Origin: Conidiobolus incongruus B7586
Taxonomy: Eukaryota
DNA: 36,534 nt
Direction of reading: 5' to 3'
NCBI GenBank assembly: GCA_000697335.1
Contig: JNEM01012261.1
Coordinates: 1-36,534, forward strand
This document shows positions 23,350 to 36,534 of this stretch, in pieces. The notes below the pieces were generated by a model, which did no database searches, was not told the origin of the DNA, and saw only the letters and a list, made by a program, of their open reading frames with translations. Numbering within the stretch: position 1 is the first letter of the stretch; each line of letters opens with the position of its first letter. Both the position numbers and the translations under genes were made by a program.

Positions 23350-25350
23350 TTTTAATTAGAGAGTATAATTACCTATATCGTATGTTTGCTATTGAGTTCA
23401 TCCTGTTTTGTGCTAGAGGGTGCAACTGCTGGAGTATTTACTTAAATTTAACTTTTTGATTATCTTGTTCATTATATTTATTATCTCTGTTTAACCAAAT
23501 TGAAATTTAAGTTTCTTATATTGCACAGCGTTTTGATAAATTGTAGTATCTAATTTGTTGGAAGACTTGAACAGATTCATAATAGGATTAGATTGGTTTC
23601 TTTCAGCAAGGAGTCTCTTGGTGCTGGGTTGAAGATTGATAGTTGCTAATACTTTTTTGGTTTTAATGCTAACTGCAGTCACAATTTTTATCAATTTGAA
23701 AATTCTGAAAGGAAAATAAAGCCTTATGAAGAGAGTTTGATTCTTCTAACCCATCGGAATTTTCAAAATTATCTAGAATAATAACAGCTCCTTTCTCAGG
23801 GAGTATAGGTAAATTACATTATTCCTGTTGATTTTTAGTTGGATTAGTATTGCCATTTAGAGGATTAGTGAAAACTGAAAATGGTTGAAAGGGAGTGGAT
23901 GGCTAACTTGGTGAAGATGATCTTTCAGTTTGAGGGGAAGATGGACGAGATGATTTTAAATATTGGTCAGATTCAGTAAATTTCAATGGTTCATTCTTAG
24001 AATCCCTACTCGAAGTACAATATACTTTTTTTATTATTTTGATCGAATGATTTGACCAACCACATAAATGATGGAATAAGTGGTTCCTACAGTTCTAGTG
24101 AATTGATTGTGCTAACATGGTCATTTTAAGTAACCACTTTTTCAAATCCTGTACGATATAATTGATTTAATTCCAGCATGTTGAGATAGTTAGTATTATC
24201 TTCAAAGTCAAGTAGCAATTTATTTGTACCAGTATGATTAAGATTACTTGAATTAGATATTGGTTTAATGTAAATAAGCTTATTTATACTTTGAATAGTA
24301 CACCTAGCACTTGTTTGGCTGTGCACTAAAGTCGAAATGACCTTATCCAATGACATTTGGCAATTGTGTTGAATAATGTGTTATTGTTTGGGAGCTATCG
24401 ACCGTTGATTTTTCGATTCGTACTGAGTATATTTTAATTTGAACTCAGATTCAGATAATCTCTGAGAAATTATAAAGCCATTATTTTGACAATATATAGA
24501 AAATCTTTCTTGGTCAAAATAAATTTCTGCCAAAATCGATTAGAATCAGAGGTTAAATTTTTTGGATAAAGGTGGGATAATTCCTAGTTATGATATTTTT
24601 AAAAAACATGATCCAAAATAAAAAAAATTAAAAAGAGTTCATATCTGATTGTGGTTGTTAGTGCTAGTTACTAATTTAAGGCTTTAAATATAATCGTTAT
24701 TGCGAGTAATCAGTGATTTGGGATTGGCCACTTGTGTGTATACTTCAAAGTATTATTTGAATTCTTACCATTTTGATGCAAAAATTTTCAACTAAATCAA
24801 ATCCAGAAGTGATTCTCGATGCCAATTTCAACCATACTTGATCACCAATATAATATTATCTTTCATTCATAATCTTGGTAGCATTCTTCTGTTTAATTCA
24901 ATTAACAAATTAAATATATATTTTGAATATTTATATACCATTTAATTATTTTGAGAGTTTTGTAGCAAATAATAAGATGGTTATTTGGGCATTTTCTTTT
25001 TAGGATAGGTATGAACGAGTTAAGGATTATCTATGGAGTAGACATCATTACATTGATCAGTCGCTTAGGAATTGAATGGATCAGGTTTATTAAGATGTTT
25101 TCAGTTTTTGGTTAATATAATATGAATTTAAGATAATTTAAGAATGTTTTGGTCAAATAAGATTAAATATTATATGAATACTATTTATCCAAAAAAATCA
25201 TTTCAATATAATCACAAAGAAGATAAACTAAATAAAAATATTATGGTTATAATATCTTTGTTACATTGCTAAAGAACATTCGAGATAGTTATTGATTGTT
25301 AAATAATTCATCGAAAATACTCCAGAGGTTTGGTCGACTAATTTTTCATT
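23350..25350 (-). pseudogene. Decayed coding-like region, possibly a Ty3/Gypsy- or Ginger-type integrase C-terminus followed by unknown domains
   Basis: GC is elevated and broken minus-strand frames are present (23491-23694, 24126-24356, an S/P-rich stretch near 23830-24020). YIGDQVWLK at 24826-24852 followed by ASKW* resembles the GD-V-L...KW-GPY module of retroviral-like integrases. Boundaries are approximate. Confidence 0.35.
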
Positions 25351-28300
25351 ACCATTTTAATAACCAATAAAATTAAGAAATTTTAATGAAATGAATTGGG
25401 TTATATGACTTTTATATATCTATGAATAAAGTTAATATCGAAATATAATTATATTCAGATTGTTATATATTATATCGTTAATATTCAATTTAAGTGGGAT
25501 AGAGTATTTTATATAGTTCAATTTAATTAATTCTATGTTATAAATTTAATATTATAGAATTTAATAATTGCAATAAATTTTAAAAAGATTTGATTAAAGC
25601 TTTTCAAAATACTCTCATATCACATTTCAAATATTTTAAATTTAATAAACCAATTGTATTAATATTTATCCATCAAAAAATACTATAATATATAATTTAA
25701 ATTATTTTATAATATAATTTATTTTCCAAAATAATCTATTTGAACCAAATTAATATCATCAAATTCCATTGCTTTAAAATCAAATAAATTGATAACATTT
25801 ATAGTTTTTATTTAAATTAACTTAATAGATATAATGATTTTTAATAGTTATGACAAAAACAATCTATTCAGGCAATAATTTAATGAACCATTAATTTTCA
25901 TATTTACTTAAATCAAATTAATAAATTGTTGTGTTTCTTAAGGATATAATCATCAAAACTTGAATTTTTAAACTAAAATATTCTATATCCTTTATATCAT
26001 GATGATTTAGATATATTATATTATTATTAGAATAGTTAGTATATTTATAAGTTTTTACTTTAACTTTTCAATATTTGTTGTATATTAAATTAATATATAT
26101 CAAATATTAAAGTACCATATCATTAAAGATAATAGTAAAAATTTTTTGTTGATTTGGCTATTTAAATTATTGAAAATCAATTAAAGCATATTTATCCTAT
26201 TACATTTTTTTATTCAAAACAAAATATCTTAATTATTATATATTGGATTTCAATTATATCAAAAAGTATTTATATAGAACTCAAAGGAAATTTCTTATCA
26301 AAATAAGTCCATGATCTTAAATGTATCGGCCAGAAAATTGAAAAAAATGTTAATATTAGTATGATATTAACTAATCTATAGTTATCTTATCAATATAAGG
26401 ATCAACAATGATTATGTCACTATTTATGTAATAAGGAAAGCTTAATTCAATAAAGCTTTTTAAAATTGATGAAAATGAATATTAACATGTTGGTTTTTGA
26501 TTTAAGATATTATATTCAGCTGATATAATATTGCATCATTGCCAAACTATTTTAAATTGAACTTATTTAAATTGCAATATTGAACTGCGTAATTATACTT
26601 TACTATTAGTCGTTTTCTTTGATTTTATATTTTATATTCTAAAGAAATTCATTAAAAATGTCAATATATATGTTCAAAATCAGTCTAAAATAACAAAATA
26701 CTCTTCAAGGCAAGGCAAAAAGGATTATATATAAATCAACTTAATCGCGTGCCATTTTTATCATATTATAGTTTTCAATTCTTTTTATAAATCAAAGAAA
26801 TGTATAAAATTTAATATATACCTTTGTTAAATTTTGTCAATCAATTGTGTTATAGATTAAAATTTTAATTTTTTTTTTGAAATATAATGAATATTATAAT
26901 ATATATAGTGAAAAAAATATTTGATATTGGCTAATATAGTTGAGGATAAGACATTAAAATTTGATTATAATAATTTTATTTATAATTGCCCAAATTAATT
27001 TCAATTATTATATTAAGAATTGAAATAAAATATCATTCACCAATTAAGAATTTTGATTAAACAGTTGCAAAAAGATATAAATAGATTTACAAAAAATAAA
27101 TTCATTACAAAGCTTAGAAATATAAATTATTTTTATAAAATTCAGAGTTTTATCTGATAATAATATAATATTTATTGTTTCAAAATTAATAATAATTATG
27201 AGTTCATATTTGGATAATTAGTAATATAATTGATTGTATTTGTTATTACTCTGGATTAAAAAAAGATAAAATTTCGATTTATGACTTTTTAAACTTATTT
27301 TTAATGTCAAAATACAAATCATTTATAAAAAAATAAGAAGATTAATAAATCAAAAAATATTTATACTCATTCATAATGCTATTCTTATTAAGATTATACT
27401 ATTGAAATATTTATTTTATGAATTTAATCAATCTTAATAATATTTAAAATAATAGTCAAAATTTCTAATTATATATTATTAAATTATTAACAACATTCTT
27501 TTTAAAATATTTAAATAATTTAAATAATTTAAAAATAGCATGATTTATTTTAAAACTATTTTATATTACTATATTGGTGATTTTAAAGTTAAAACCATTA
27601 TTATTAAAGTTTAGCCAAATTTAAAATATTACTCTCTAATGTTATATTTATTAATAAAAAAATTACTTTAAAATATATTTTAATATTTTTATTAAATTAT
27701 TGCTAAATTAATATTATATTTAATAAATAAGAATATTATATATAAATTAAATTTTAAACTTATTTGAAATAAAAAAAGTAACTATTTTATAATTTAACAA
27801 GAATTTAAAATACTATAGTACCTATAGCTAAATATAGCTTACTAAGATATTTTTACAAATATAAGCTATTATATCATATTATTATATTTTTTAATCACAA
27901 ATTTTTAATATAATCCTTTATTTAAAGGATAAATAAAATATTAAGCTAAAAGATTGTTTTAATATATTCCAATATATAATTATTTTATATATTAATAAAT
28001 ATTCACTATTTCAAGAAATTATGATAATATATATTTTTTTATTAAATTCTTAAACTTGAATTAATTAGTATTAAACTTTAATTTATCATTATTATTAAAA
28101 TAATCTTCAATTGATATATTTATTAAAAATTATAAATTGATATTATTTTGGCTAATAATTATAATATAAAAAATATTAAAGCTATTGAATTATTTTAAAA
28201 TTAAAAAAAAAATAATAAAAAGTTAATATACTTGGTATATTTAATATATCAAAACTAATATCTATATAATTACTTTAGATAGTTAGAGATATTTTTATAA

Positions 28301-29947
28301 TAAAGATAACTATTCAAAATAAAATTAATTAATCAATTTATAAAATATTAAACTATAATCATTAAAATTAGAATTATTTTTCAATTATTAAAAGTTTTTT
28401 AAGAATATAATATAAATTTATTAATAATAAAAACAAAATCAATTATATTATATTTTTTCTTCATTATTATAAACTATATATTAAATACTATACTAAAATG
28501 TGATTTCAAAGATATGCCATTAATTAATTACCAAAATAATAAATAAGGTATTCATATTTAGTTTTATTGGTTAATATTGAAATATATGTAAAAAGTTTAA
28601 GGTGAATATATTTAATATATGTTAGATTACTAGCGGTGTTTTCATTATTATTAATAAATATATTAGACTAATGCCAAACCAATAAAGTATATATTAAATA
28701 ATTATAAATTATTAATTTTATAATAAATAAAATATATAAATGTTTTCATTTAACATCAAATTTTCAATCAAAATAGGATATTAAAATGTAAATGTGGATT
28801 GATTTATTAGTATATTAAACTCAAATTATTAGCATTTATAGATTTTAATTCTAATAATCAAGCATTTATAGCATAATTAGTATATTAGCCAGAATAGCTT
28901 TAAAGATCTATTTTCATTTATAAATTTAAAAATGTTATTGGTTGATAAAATTTGATCACTTTTTAATTATATGCCATTAAAAGATTTTTAACATTTAAAG
29001 ACTATGGAAATTTTCCAGATAAGTGGTTCATATCTTCAATGCCTCATATTGAATTAAAAATAAAAGTATTATATTCTCTCGTTCATAATTGAGTTCTATG
29101 ATTTAAAAATTTGTTTGTCATGCAAAAGCCAATTTTCATTAATTTAAATTGTTACCAATGGAATCATATAATTTTGGATGCATGAATTTTATCTTCGCTA
29201 TTATGGCTTATTTTGGAATGGAATTCCGATCGAAAACGACCTAGAAACGGATTAATAAACGTTATTAAATTTTAAGTCTTGAAAAATTATCTAACAAATT
29301 TTAAGTAAATTTATATTTATTATTCTAAATTATAATTAATAAACTAAAAAAATATTAATTAGTTTGTGATATTTATTATGAAAATAATATTTCAACTTTA
29401 TTATTTCAAAAATATAATAATATTAAGCAATTTATTAATATGATACCTTATACAAATATAGATTTATAATAATATTTAACTAATATTTAATTATTTATAA
29501 ATAAATTAAATTATATAATTAATAAATTAAACAAATATAAACTGGAAAATTTATTGAACATTTCGGGGCATTTGAATATATCCGTAAGCATTAAATTTTT
29601 AAATAATAAATATGAGTCAAAATTATATTTTAAAAATATAATCACTCAGGAATAATAATCTCTTAATAAATTAAATTTAGTTTAAAGATTATAAAAATAA
29701 ATTAACTCTTTTTTTTAATGCCAAACTTTTTTAAAAAATTATTTAAATTTGGAAAATATTAATAAATTTTATGCATAAAATTCTTTTTTCTCATCAATTT
29801 TTTTGCTTTAAATATTCATTTTTGCCTAACCAATGAAATGGCAAACTATTGGTAATGCTATTGAAAGCTTAATTCGACTTAATGGTATATAAATTAATAC
29901 AAGGACCAAATAATTAAAGTTAGTCAATTATTGGTTGTTAACTTACT

Positions 29948-31794
29948 ATGAGGGAAAGAGTTCAATTAAGCTGTGTCGAGTGTAAAAGAAAAAAAATCAA
30001 GTGTAATCGATTGGAACCTTGCTCGAACTGCACTAAGTATTCTACTTATTGTTTTTATATTAAAAAGAATAAGAATACTATTAAATTGGGAGCTCAAAAT
30101 GATATACAAAATACCGGGAACCGATTGAGCCAGTACCATTTAAAGAATAGTAAAAGGCTTGAATCCAAATGGTCCAAGCTCACCTTTACTTTAGAAAGAT
30201 TAGTAGATTGGTCTTCAATTGATCCAAAAATGAACTCAATAATGGTAATTAATTCTACTAAAATTGAATATATCAAATTTATTAATATTAAATATAGGAT
30301 AATTTCGATTTAACTCTGTATGAAAAAATAGCGGGAAGAAAGTTGAAAAATAACCTGTTGAGTATAACTAAAAGGGTACATCTTGAAAACGATACTGTAC
30401 CCAAAGAGCTTCAAGATTTATTAGAAATTTTGGTTGGAATGAGTTTCAAATTTTGCTTAGCCTGTCCGGTGTCTGTTGAGACGGTTCAAGATACTTATAA
30501 ACGCTTCGGAATGAATTCATATTTAATCAATTCTATTGCTGCTTGTATGTTACCCAAGTATTTGCTACTTACAGGAAATACCCGTCATTTGGATCTTCAA
30601 GATAATCCGTTCTATCTTAAATCGCTCTTTTTAATGAATTCTCCTTCAACGTCAGCAAAAGAAATCATGCTCGGTACAATTTACATTATGATGCTAGAAA
30701 TTAGTCATGGTAATTTGTGGGCATGCTTTATTCATTTGGGGAAATTTAATTCGTAAGTTCTTTTTATTTTAAATATACATTTCTCTAACAGGAATTTTAG
30801 AACATGCCTTGAATCAAAAGTACATATAATAGACCAAGATCATTCATTAAAACCAAGAGATCATTTTGACTTAGAAGCCATTGAAATTAGAAATGCTTGG
30901 TGGTGTCGATTGTCTGCAGAGGTGGCTGTATCGGCGAGTTATTTCAAACCATTGCATTTAACAGCGAACCCTCAAGAAGCACACATACCACATCCGCAAA
31001 TAGATTTCATACCTGGACCATACGGAGCTATGGAAGACCTAGGTGATCATCTTCATAAGTATTTTCAGTCTACTCCTTATAACACCATTCCTCATTTCCA
31101 CGCTCTGGCCAAACTCACCTGGATGTGTCAAGCATTATGCCCATATTTAGACATATTTCTAAATTTTTTTAAACCACAATATACAGAATTTGAGCAGAGA
31201 GTCATGATAGAAAATTTCCAAAGCTATTATCCTAATACCTTTGGGAGATATCTCAATGAATATAGTCTTGATAGATTTGAGTCTCAACTTCTCAAAGATC
31301 CTGAACATTATGCAAATACTACTATGTTGATGGCTATATTATTGTTTAATTCATTCCACATATTTTATTTCCTTCTATTATCGAGATATTTGAACCATCT
31401 AAAAGACACAGAGTTAGCTAGAGTTCATAAGATTCAGGCTAAGGCACTTTGTCAAGAGTTCATCTCGTTTGTAAGCAGAACAATGATTTTACCTGGGTAT
31501 CCAGAGCCACTAATCGACTTGACTCAGTATTATGTTAGCAGCCCCCTCATTCCACTCATTTTACTTCAACTGATCAAAGTGTTCGTCCCTGTCGAAAATA
31601 CGGAAGATATGGAAATCCTACAGTTCTTCGTGGAATTAATGCGCCAATTTGCAATCTTTTCACCCTATGCTGAAATTTATCTGCAATGGTGCCAATCGCA
31701 AATTAAGACAAACGGAAAATTCTTTTTTAATCCTAACTCCGGTATTATACCACCAACTAGAATTATGGTTAAAGTACTACAAGAAAAGTGGTAA
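29948..31794 (+). CDS. Zn(II)2Cys6 fungal transcription factor, 584 aa (exons 29948-30244, 30298-30752, 30792-31794)
   Basis: Binuclear cluster CVECKRKKIKCNRLEPCSNCTKYSTYC. Introns 30245-30297 and 30753-30791 (GTAAGT...CTAACAG) join three ORF-track fragments in frame. EIRNAWW resembles the middle homology region. Confidence 0.92.
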
Positions 31795-34700
31795 ACAAAT
31801 TACCATATAAATTTTTATTATTAATGACAATATCATTTTTATTGGAATTTTTTTTACCTTACATTTATTTCAAAGTTTAAAAGTTATAAAAATAAAGTCT
31901 TATTCAAATATTAAATATTATATAACATGTTTTTTATGCTTAATATAATATAAAAATTAACCAAATATTATTAAATTAAATGAACAGAACTAAATTGAGA
32001 TATTCAAGATATCCTAATTACTACATTATATGCACAAATTGATCGGTTCAAAATACTAGCATTAGTTTTTTTAATAACCTAATGCATCAAAAAATGAAAC
32101 CTGAAAATATGGTGCTTGATCACCTCGATCTTGTTACAAAAAGCAAGATTATTTTATTTATTGCTTTCAGCACATTATATCTGTTATCCAAATCAGCTCA
32201 TTATTGATAAGTTACGGCTCAATAATTTATCACACCAAAGTTTAAATTAAAATATTTTGTTGAAATCGATATACCATATGGTGAATTTATTATCTAGTTA
32301 TTTAATTATTATTACTACACAAGTGATTTCTTTCACATTATTTTGTGCCATTTCTAACACAAATTTTGAATTTGATAATGATTAGACAAATTTCAATGGA
32401 ATTGATAGTATTGATTACTATTTACCAAAAACAGCATTATATCGTTTGTAAAATCCTATTAAGTTCATAGAATATCGGAGACATTTCCATTTTACAATTA
32501 ATGAATATACATAATTTGGAGCATAAAAGTTAATCAATAGCATTAATTTATTATAAACAGTTTGTTTTAATTAATTAATGTAAAAAATAATTTTCAAATA
32601 AATCCGAAAAAATTTAGTTTAATAATCAGTTTATAAATAAAATAATGGCAAAATTTTATTATTTGAAAATTAATTGATTAAAAATACAAATTATAATACA
32701 CACAATAAGTGTTTCAAATATTTAATTAATTAATTATTAAAATGAAATTGGGATCAAAATATATAATTCAACTTGTTTATCCGATATATCAAAATGCTAT
32801 CATCATATCTATTTTTATTTTGAAAGAATAAATTTAATAATTCATATCATTATCTGAGATATATTGTGAATAATTAATTATTTTGAAATTAAAATTGTTC
32901 CAATATATTGGATACAAAATCAATTTACACTCTAAAAAAGGCATTTTTAATACTGATACTTCAGTTGTATTTAGTTTTCTTAATATTGTAATAATTCATT
33001 GTGTTTTTTTACTACTAATTATTTCTTTCAATTGGATGGTGATAAATTTAAAATTAACCTCTTTAAAACATATTTATCTAATGAATGCACTGTTATAAGA
33101 TAATATAAATTTAATATTTGCTATATTTTTATATTTTGGTCATATTGTATAAATATTTTATTTATATTAAATTTGAGAATAATTATTTATATAATGGGTT
33201 TTGATGCTACATATATAAATTATATAATAAAATCAAAATAATGAATAATAAATCATATTATGCAATATTAATGTATGCTTAATAGGTATATACTATGGAA
33301 TAATATTAATTAAATATAACTTTTGATTAATTCAAACCTTTTATAAATTAATATAAATTAAAAATTTATAAAATTTTCACAATTATTTTAATCGGAGTTA
33401 TAAAAATTAATGTTAATGTTTACTTAATTATATCTCGAAGAAATTATATAGATAGAAAGTAGATATTTATACCTTTTAATTAAATTTCATTTTTATTTAT
33501 TAAAATTATAATATTGCTAAATAGAGAATTAAATACTGAATCTTAATATGTGATATTTAATTATTGTTCGGTGTGTTATATCCATTAATCATTATGATAT
33601 ATTAAATCTGTGTATCACAAAGTGGGCTGATTCTAACCCTAAAAGGTCTCTTTTGTGATATTGATTTTTAAAATTAGTATAACTATAATTTCAAGCTTTT
33701 TACTATAGTTGTGAGATCAAAATAAAGTTCAAAGTGGAGGTAAATATCAGTTATATATATTAATAAGGAAGAGAATGGTTGCGAAAAAGTATGATATAAG
33801 AGATATACAATGAAATCATTTTTTGATTAAAAGCAGTTTGAGCTAAAGATATGACAGTAAATTGATAATTAAATGATTTGGCTAGTGGCAATTATATGAA
33901 ACTTGATTTCAATAATTGTCTGATTCAGAAGTAATATTAAGTTAAACTTTACAGAATAATATTTCAAATTTCAATTTATTAACAATAATGTTATAAATTA
34001 AAACATAACTATGTTTTTCGTTGATCAGTATATCTATTATCAAGTTTGATTGGATATAAAATATTATTTTGATATTTTTTAACTAATCAGGTTTTTTATT
34101 AATATTAAATTACTAAAGAGAGCATTGAACTATTAAATCTTTAAACAAATTCTATTAATAATGACTTTTAATAAATATTGTGAATTCAATATCTTCATTG
34201 CACTATTAGTTTTATATATTAATCAAGTTTCGAGTTTTTTAATTTATGTTTTATGCTTATGAATATAGTGTATAAGTTATTATTACAGAAATATTTAACA
34301 CATTTTTTGATAAATTTATTTACTATGCTCTTTAATAATTTGTGACTATATAATTTAATTTTTTTTCTTTTTCACCTGGGTTTAAATAACTAGATCATTG
34401 AATGCTATAGGTTCTTATAATAATACAATAAGTAAAACAAAGGATATCACTTAATAATGTGCAAGAAAAATAAATTAAATTAAATATAATACTAACGCTA
34501 TTATTAAACAAAAATAGTCAAGTATTTTTGATATATCATTTTTATAAAGATATATTTATTGTATATAATTAATTGTATTAATTATTCATTTATATATCAA
34601 ATAGACATTTGTTAATAATTACTTAAAAATATAGTATATTATTAATTTTTAATAATTCCTTAATAATGCTGTAATAAGATTTTTGGTTTAAATTTATTTA

Positions 34701-36534
34701 TAATAATTTCATCAAGAATGATAATAAACATATATTTATTTTTAATAATTGGTGAATTTTAATTTTAATTTATAGATTATAATTAAAATAATTTGTTATA
34801 AAATAGGTATTATTAAATATTATTTTATTAAAAAATTTAATACATTTTTGAAATAATATAACTAAAGTTTATTATATATATTTTTTAGATATTATAAATT
34901 ATTGAAATATAGATTTTGAAAAAAATAATTAAACTATATCATAATGAATATTAATGTAAAAGTCTCTGACTTTCTAATAATGATTATGTTTTTAATATAG
35001 AAAACCTTGATATAATAATTAATTATTACAGTTTTAAATTAAAGATCATATAAGTAATAAAATAATGACTTATTTTATAAAATTTTAATAAAACTAAATT
35101 ATATATTTTAAAATATGAAATATTTTTTTAATTAATTGTTTTTTAATTATAAAATAAAGATTAATAAAAATAATTTATAATATATTATTCTATTTTATCT
35201 ATATTTTTCAAAGTTTTATTATACGCTAAGCAAAATAAGTTAAAATATTAAATCTATTCTTATTATTGGTTTAAAAGATAAAAATGCAAATGTTCTAATT
35301 TGTGATTTTTCAAATATTATCTTAGTAATACCAAATTAAATTGAAAATATTAAAATTAATTAATATTTTAGAACTTATTTATATTTATTGGTTGATTTGT
35401 AAGAAATATATATTTTAAATTTTATAGTTAAATTTAAATTACTTAATTCAAAAAAATAATAATTTAAAGTTTTTGTCATAATATCATTAGAATTTAGGTA
35501 TAAATCTTTTAAAATAACCTATTATTAAACAAAAGCTTAAAAAAAATAATATTTTATCAATAATAAATATTATTAGATTTGTTATTTTAGACCTAAGAGT
35601 GATATTATTCATAACTTACCAAAATCTAAAAAACTAGTATATTTTATATGCTTTTATTGATAAAATAAATGAAATATACTAAATATCATTATTTTTTCTA
35701 AACGAAAGGATAAATAAAGTGATTTAATATCTTAATATTAGATATACTTGATAGTAAGCTCAAATTTAATTTCATTTATAAGAAATATATAACTCAAAAT
35801 ATACAAATGATATAAATTAAGCTAAATTAAGTTGGTAATATTAAAAATAATGGAAATATAACCAAAAAAAAACTTATTATATTTAAGCTTTGTAGTTGAT
35901 TTATTATAGATTTTTTAACATAATTCTTTATATATAAGCCAAAAAAATTATGATTAAAAAGAAAAAATTTATAAAAACCAATAATTAAATATATCATTTA
36001 TAAATACATATTTATTTATTAATGAGTTATAGTTACACTCGCTTCTATTATTTAATTCCATAAGTTTATTAATTAAAAAATATTTTGTTATTTTGTCTCA
36101 TATTTAAATGATATTTCAATTGAAGATTTTATTATAGATATATGATAATAATTATTATTGATAATATTTGCAAAAATTTATATATCCAACTGTATTAAAG
36201 TTATTCAAAATATAAAAAAATATTATATTTAATGTATTTATTAAATTATAACCCTGATTATAATAATTATCTTGATAATTAAAAAATATATTGTAATTTA
36301 AAAAATTTAGTAAATAAACTTAATTTATTAAAATAATATATAATTTTAACATTTAATAGAATATTATTAATAAATATTAGGAGCTATTTAAAAGGATTGA
36401 AAAAATATTAATTATTATAATTGATATTTGATATATTCTATATTTATAAAATAATATATAAATCTTACTAAAATTTTGAATATAATATTATATCTAAACT
36501 TGATATTGAAATAATAATGATATATTATTTTTTA

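Noticed and set aside
32883..33098. 71-aa hydrophobic ORF
   Set aside because: TTG start, and its composition is what random AT-rich sequence produces.
1..36534. CRISPR arrays, tRNA, rRNA and prokaryotic operons
   Set aside because: I saw no regularly spaced repeats, cloverleafs or rRNA signatures, and gene structure is spliceosomal and eukaryotic.

Overview
Very AT-rich eukaryotic DNA of fungal type: short 39-62 nt GT-AG introns and a Zn2Cys6 regulator. An early-diverging fungus is my inference from composition and gene content, not a demonstrated assignment. Intact genes are two tandem PiT/Pho89-family phosphate symporters (5864-7357 and 13079-14572) showing patchy gene conversion, a spliced Dicer-like gene (about 15349-18606), a spliced Dap1/PGRMC-type cytochrome b5-like gene (19206-19780, minus strand) and a spliced Zn2Cys6 transcription factor (29948-31794). 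Decayed elements missed by the ORF track are a mariner transposase with RIP-like CpA>TpA damage (869-1913), a Clr4/SUV39H H3K9 methyltransferase pseudogene with chromo, pre-SET, SET and post-SET remnants (about 21650-22790, minus strand) and an integrase-like ghost (about 23350-25350). The most notable signal is a small cluster of silencing genes. The Dicer has lost all four RNase IIIa catalytic acids, its helicase motifs and its C-terminal dsRBD, but keeps an intact RNase IIIb and a long open frame. It lies about 3 kb from the dead Clr4 homolog, with an unexplained hairpin-rich GC island preceded by a splice acceptor (20571-20910) between them.
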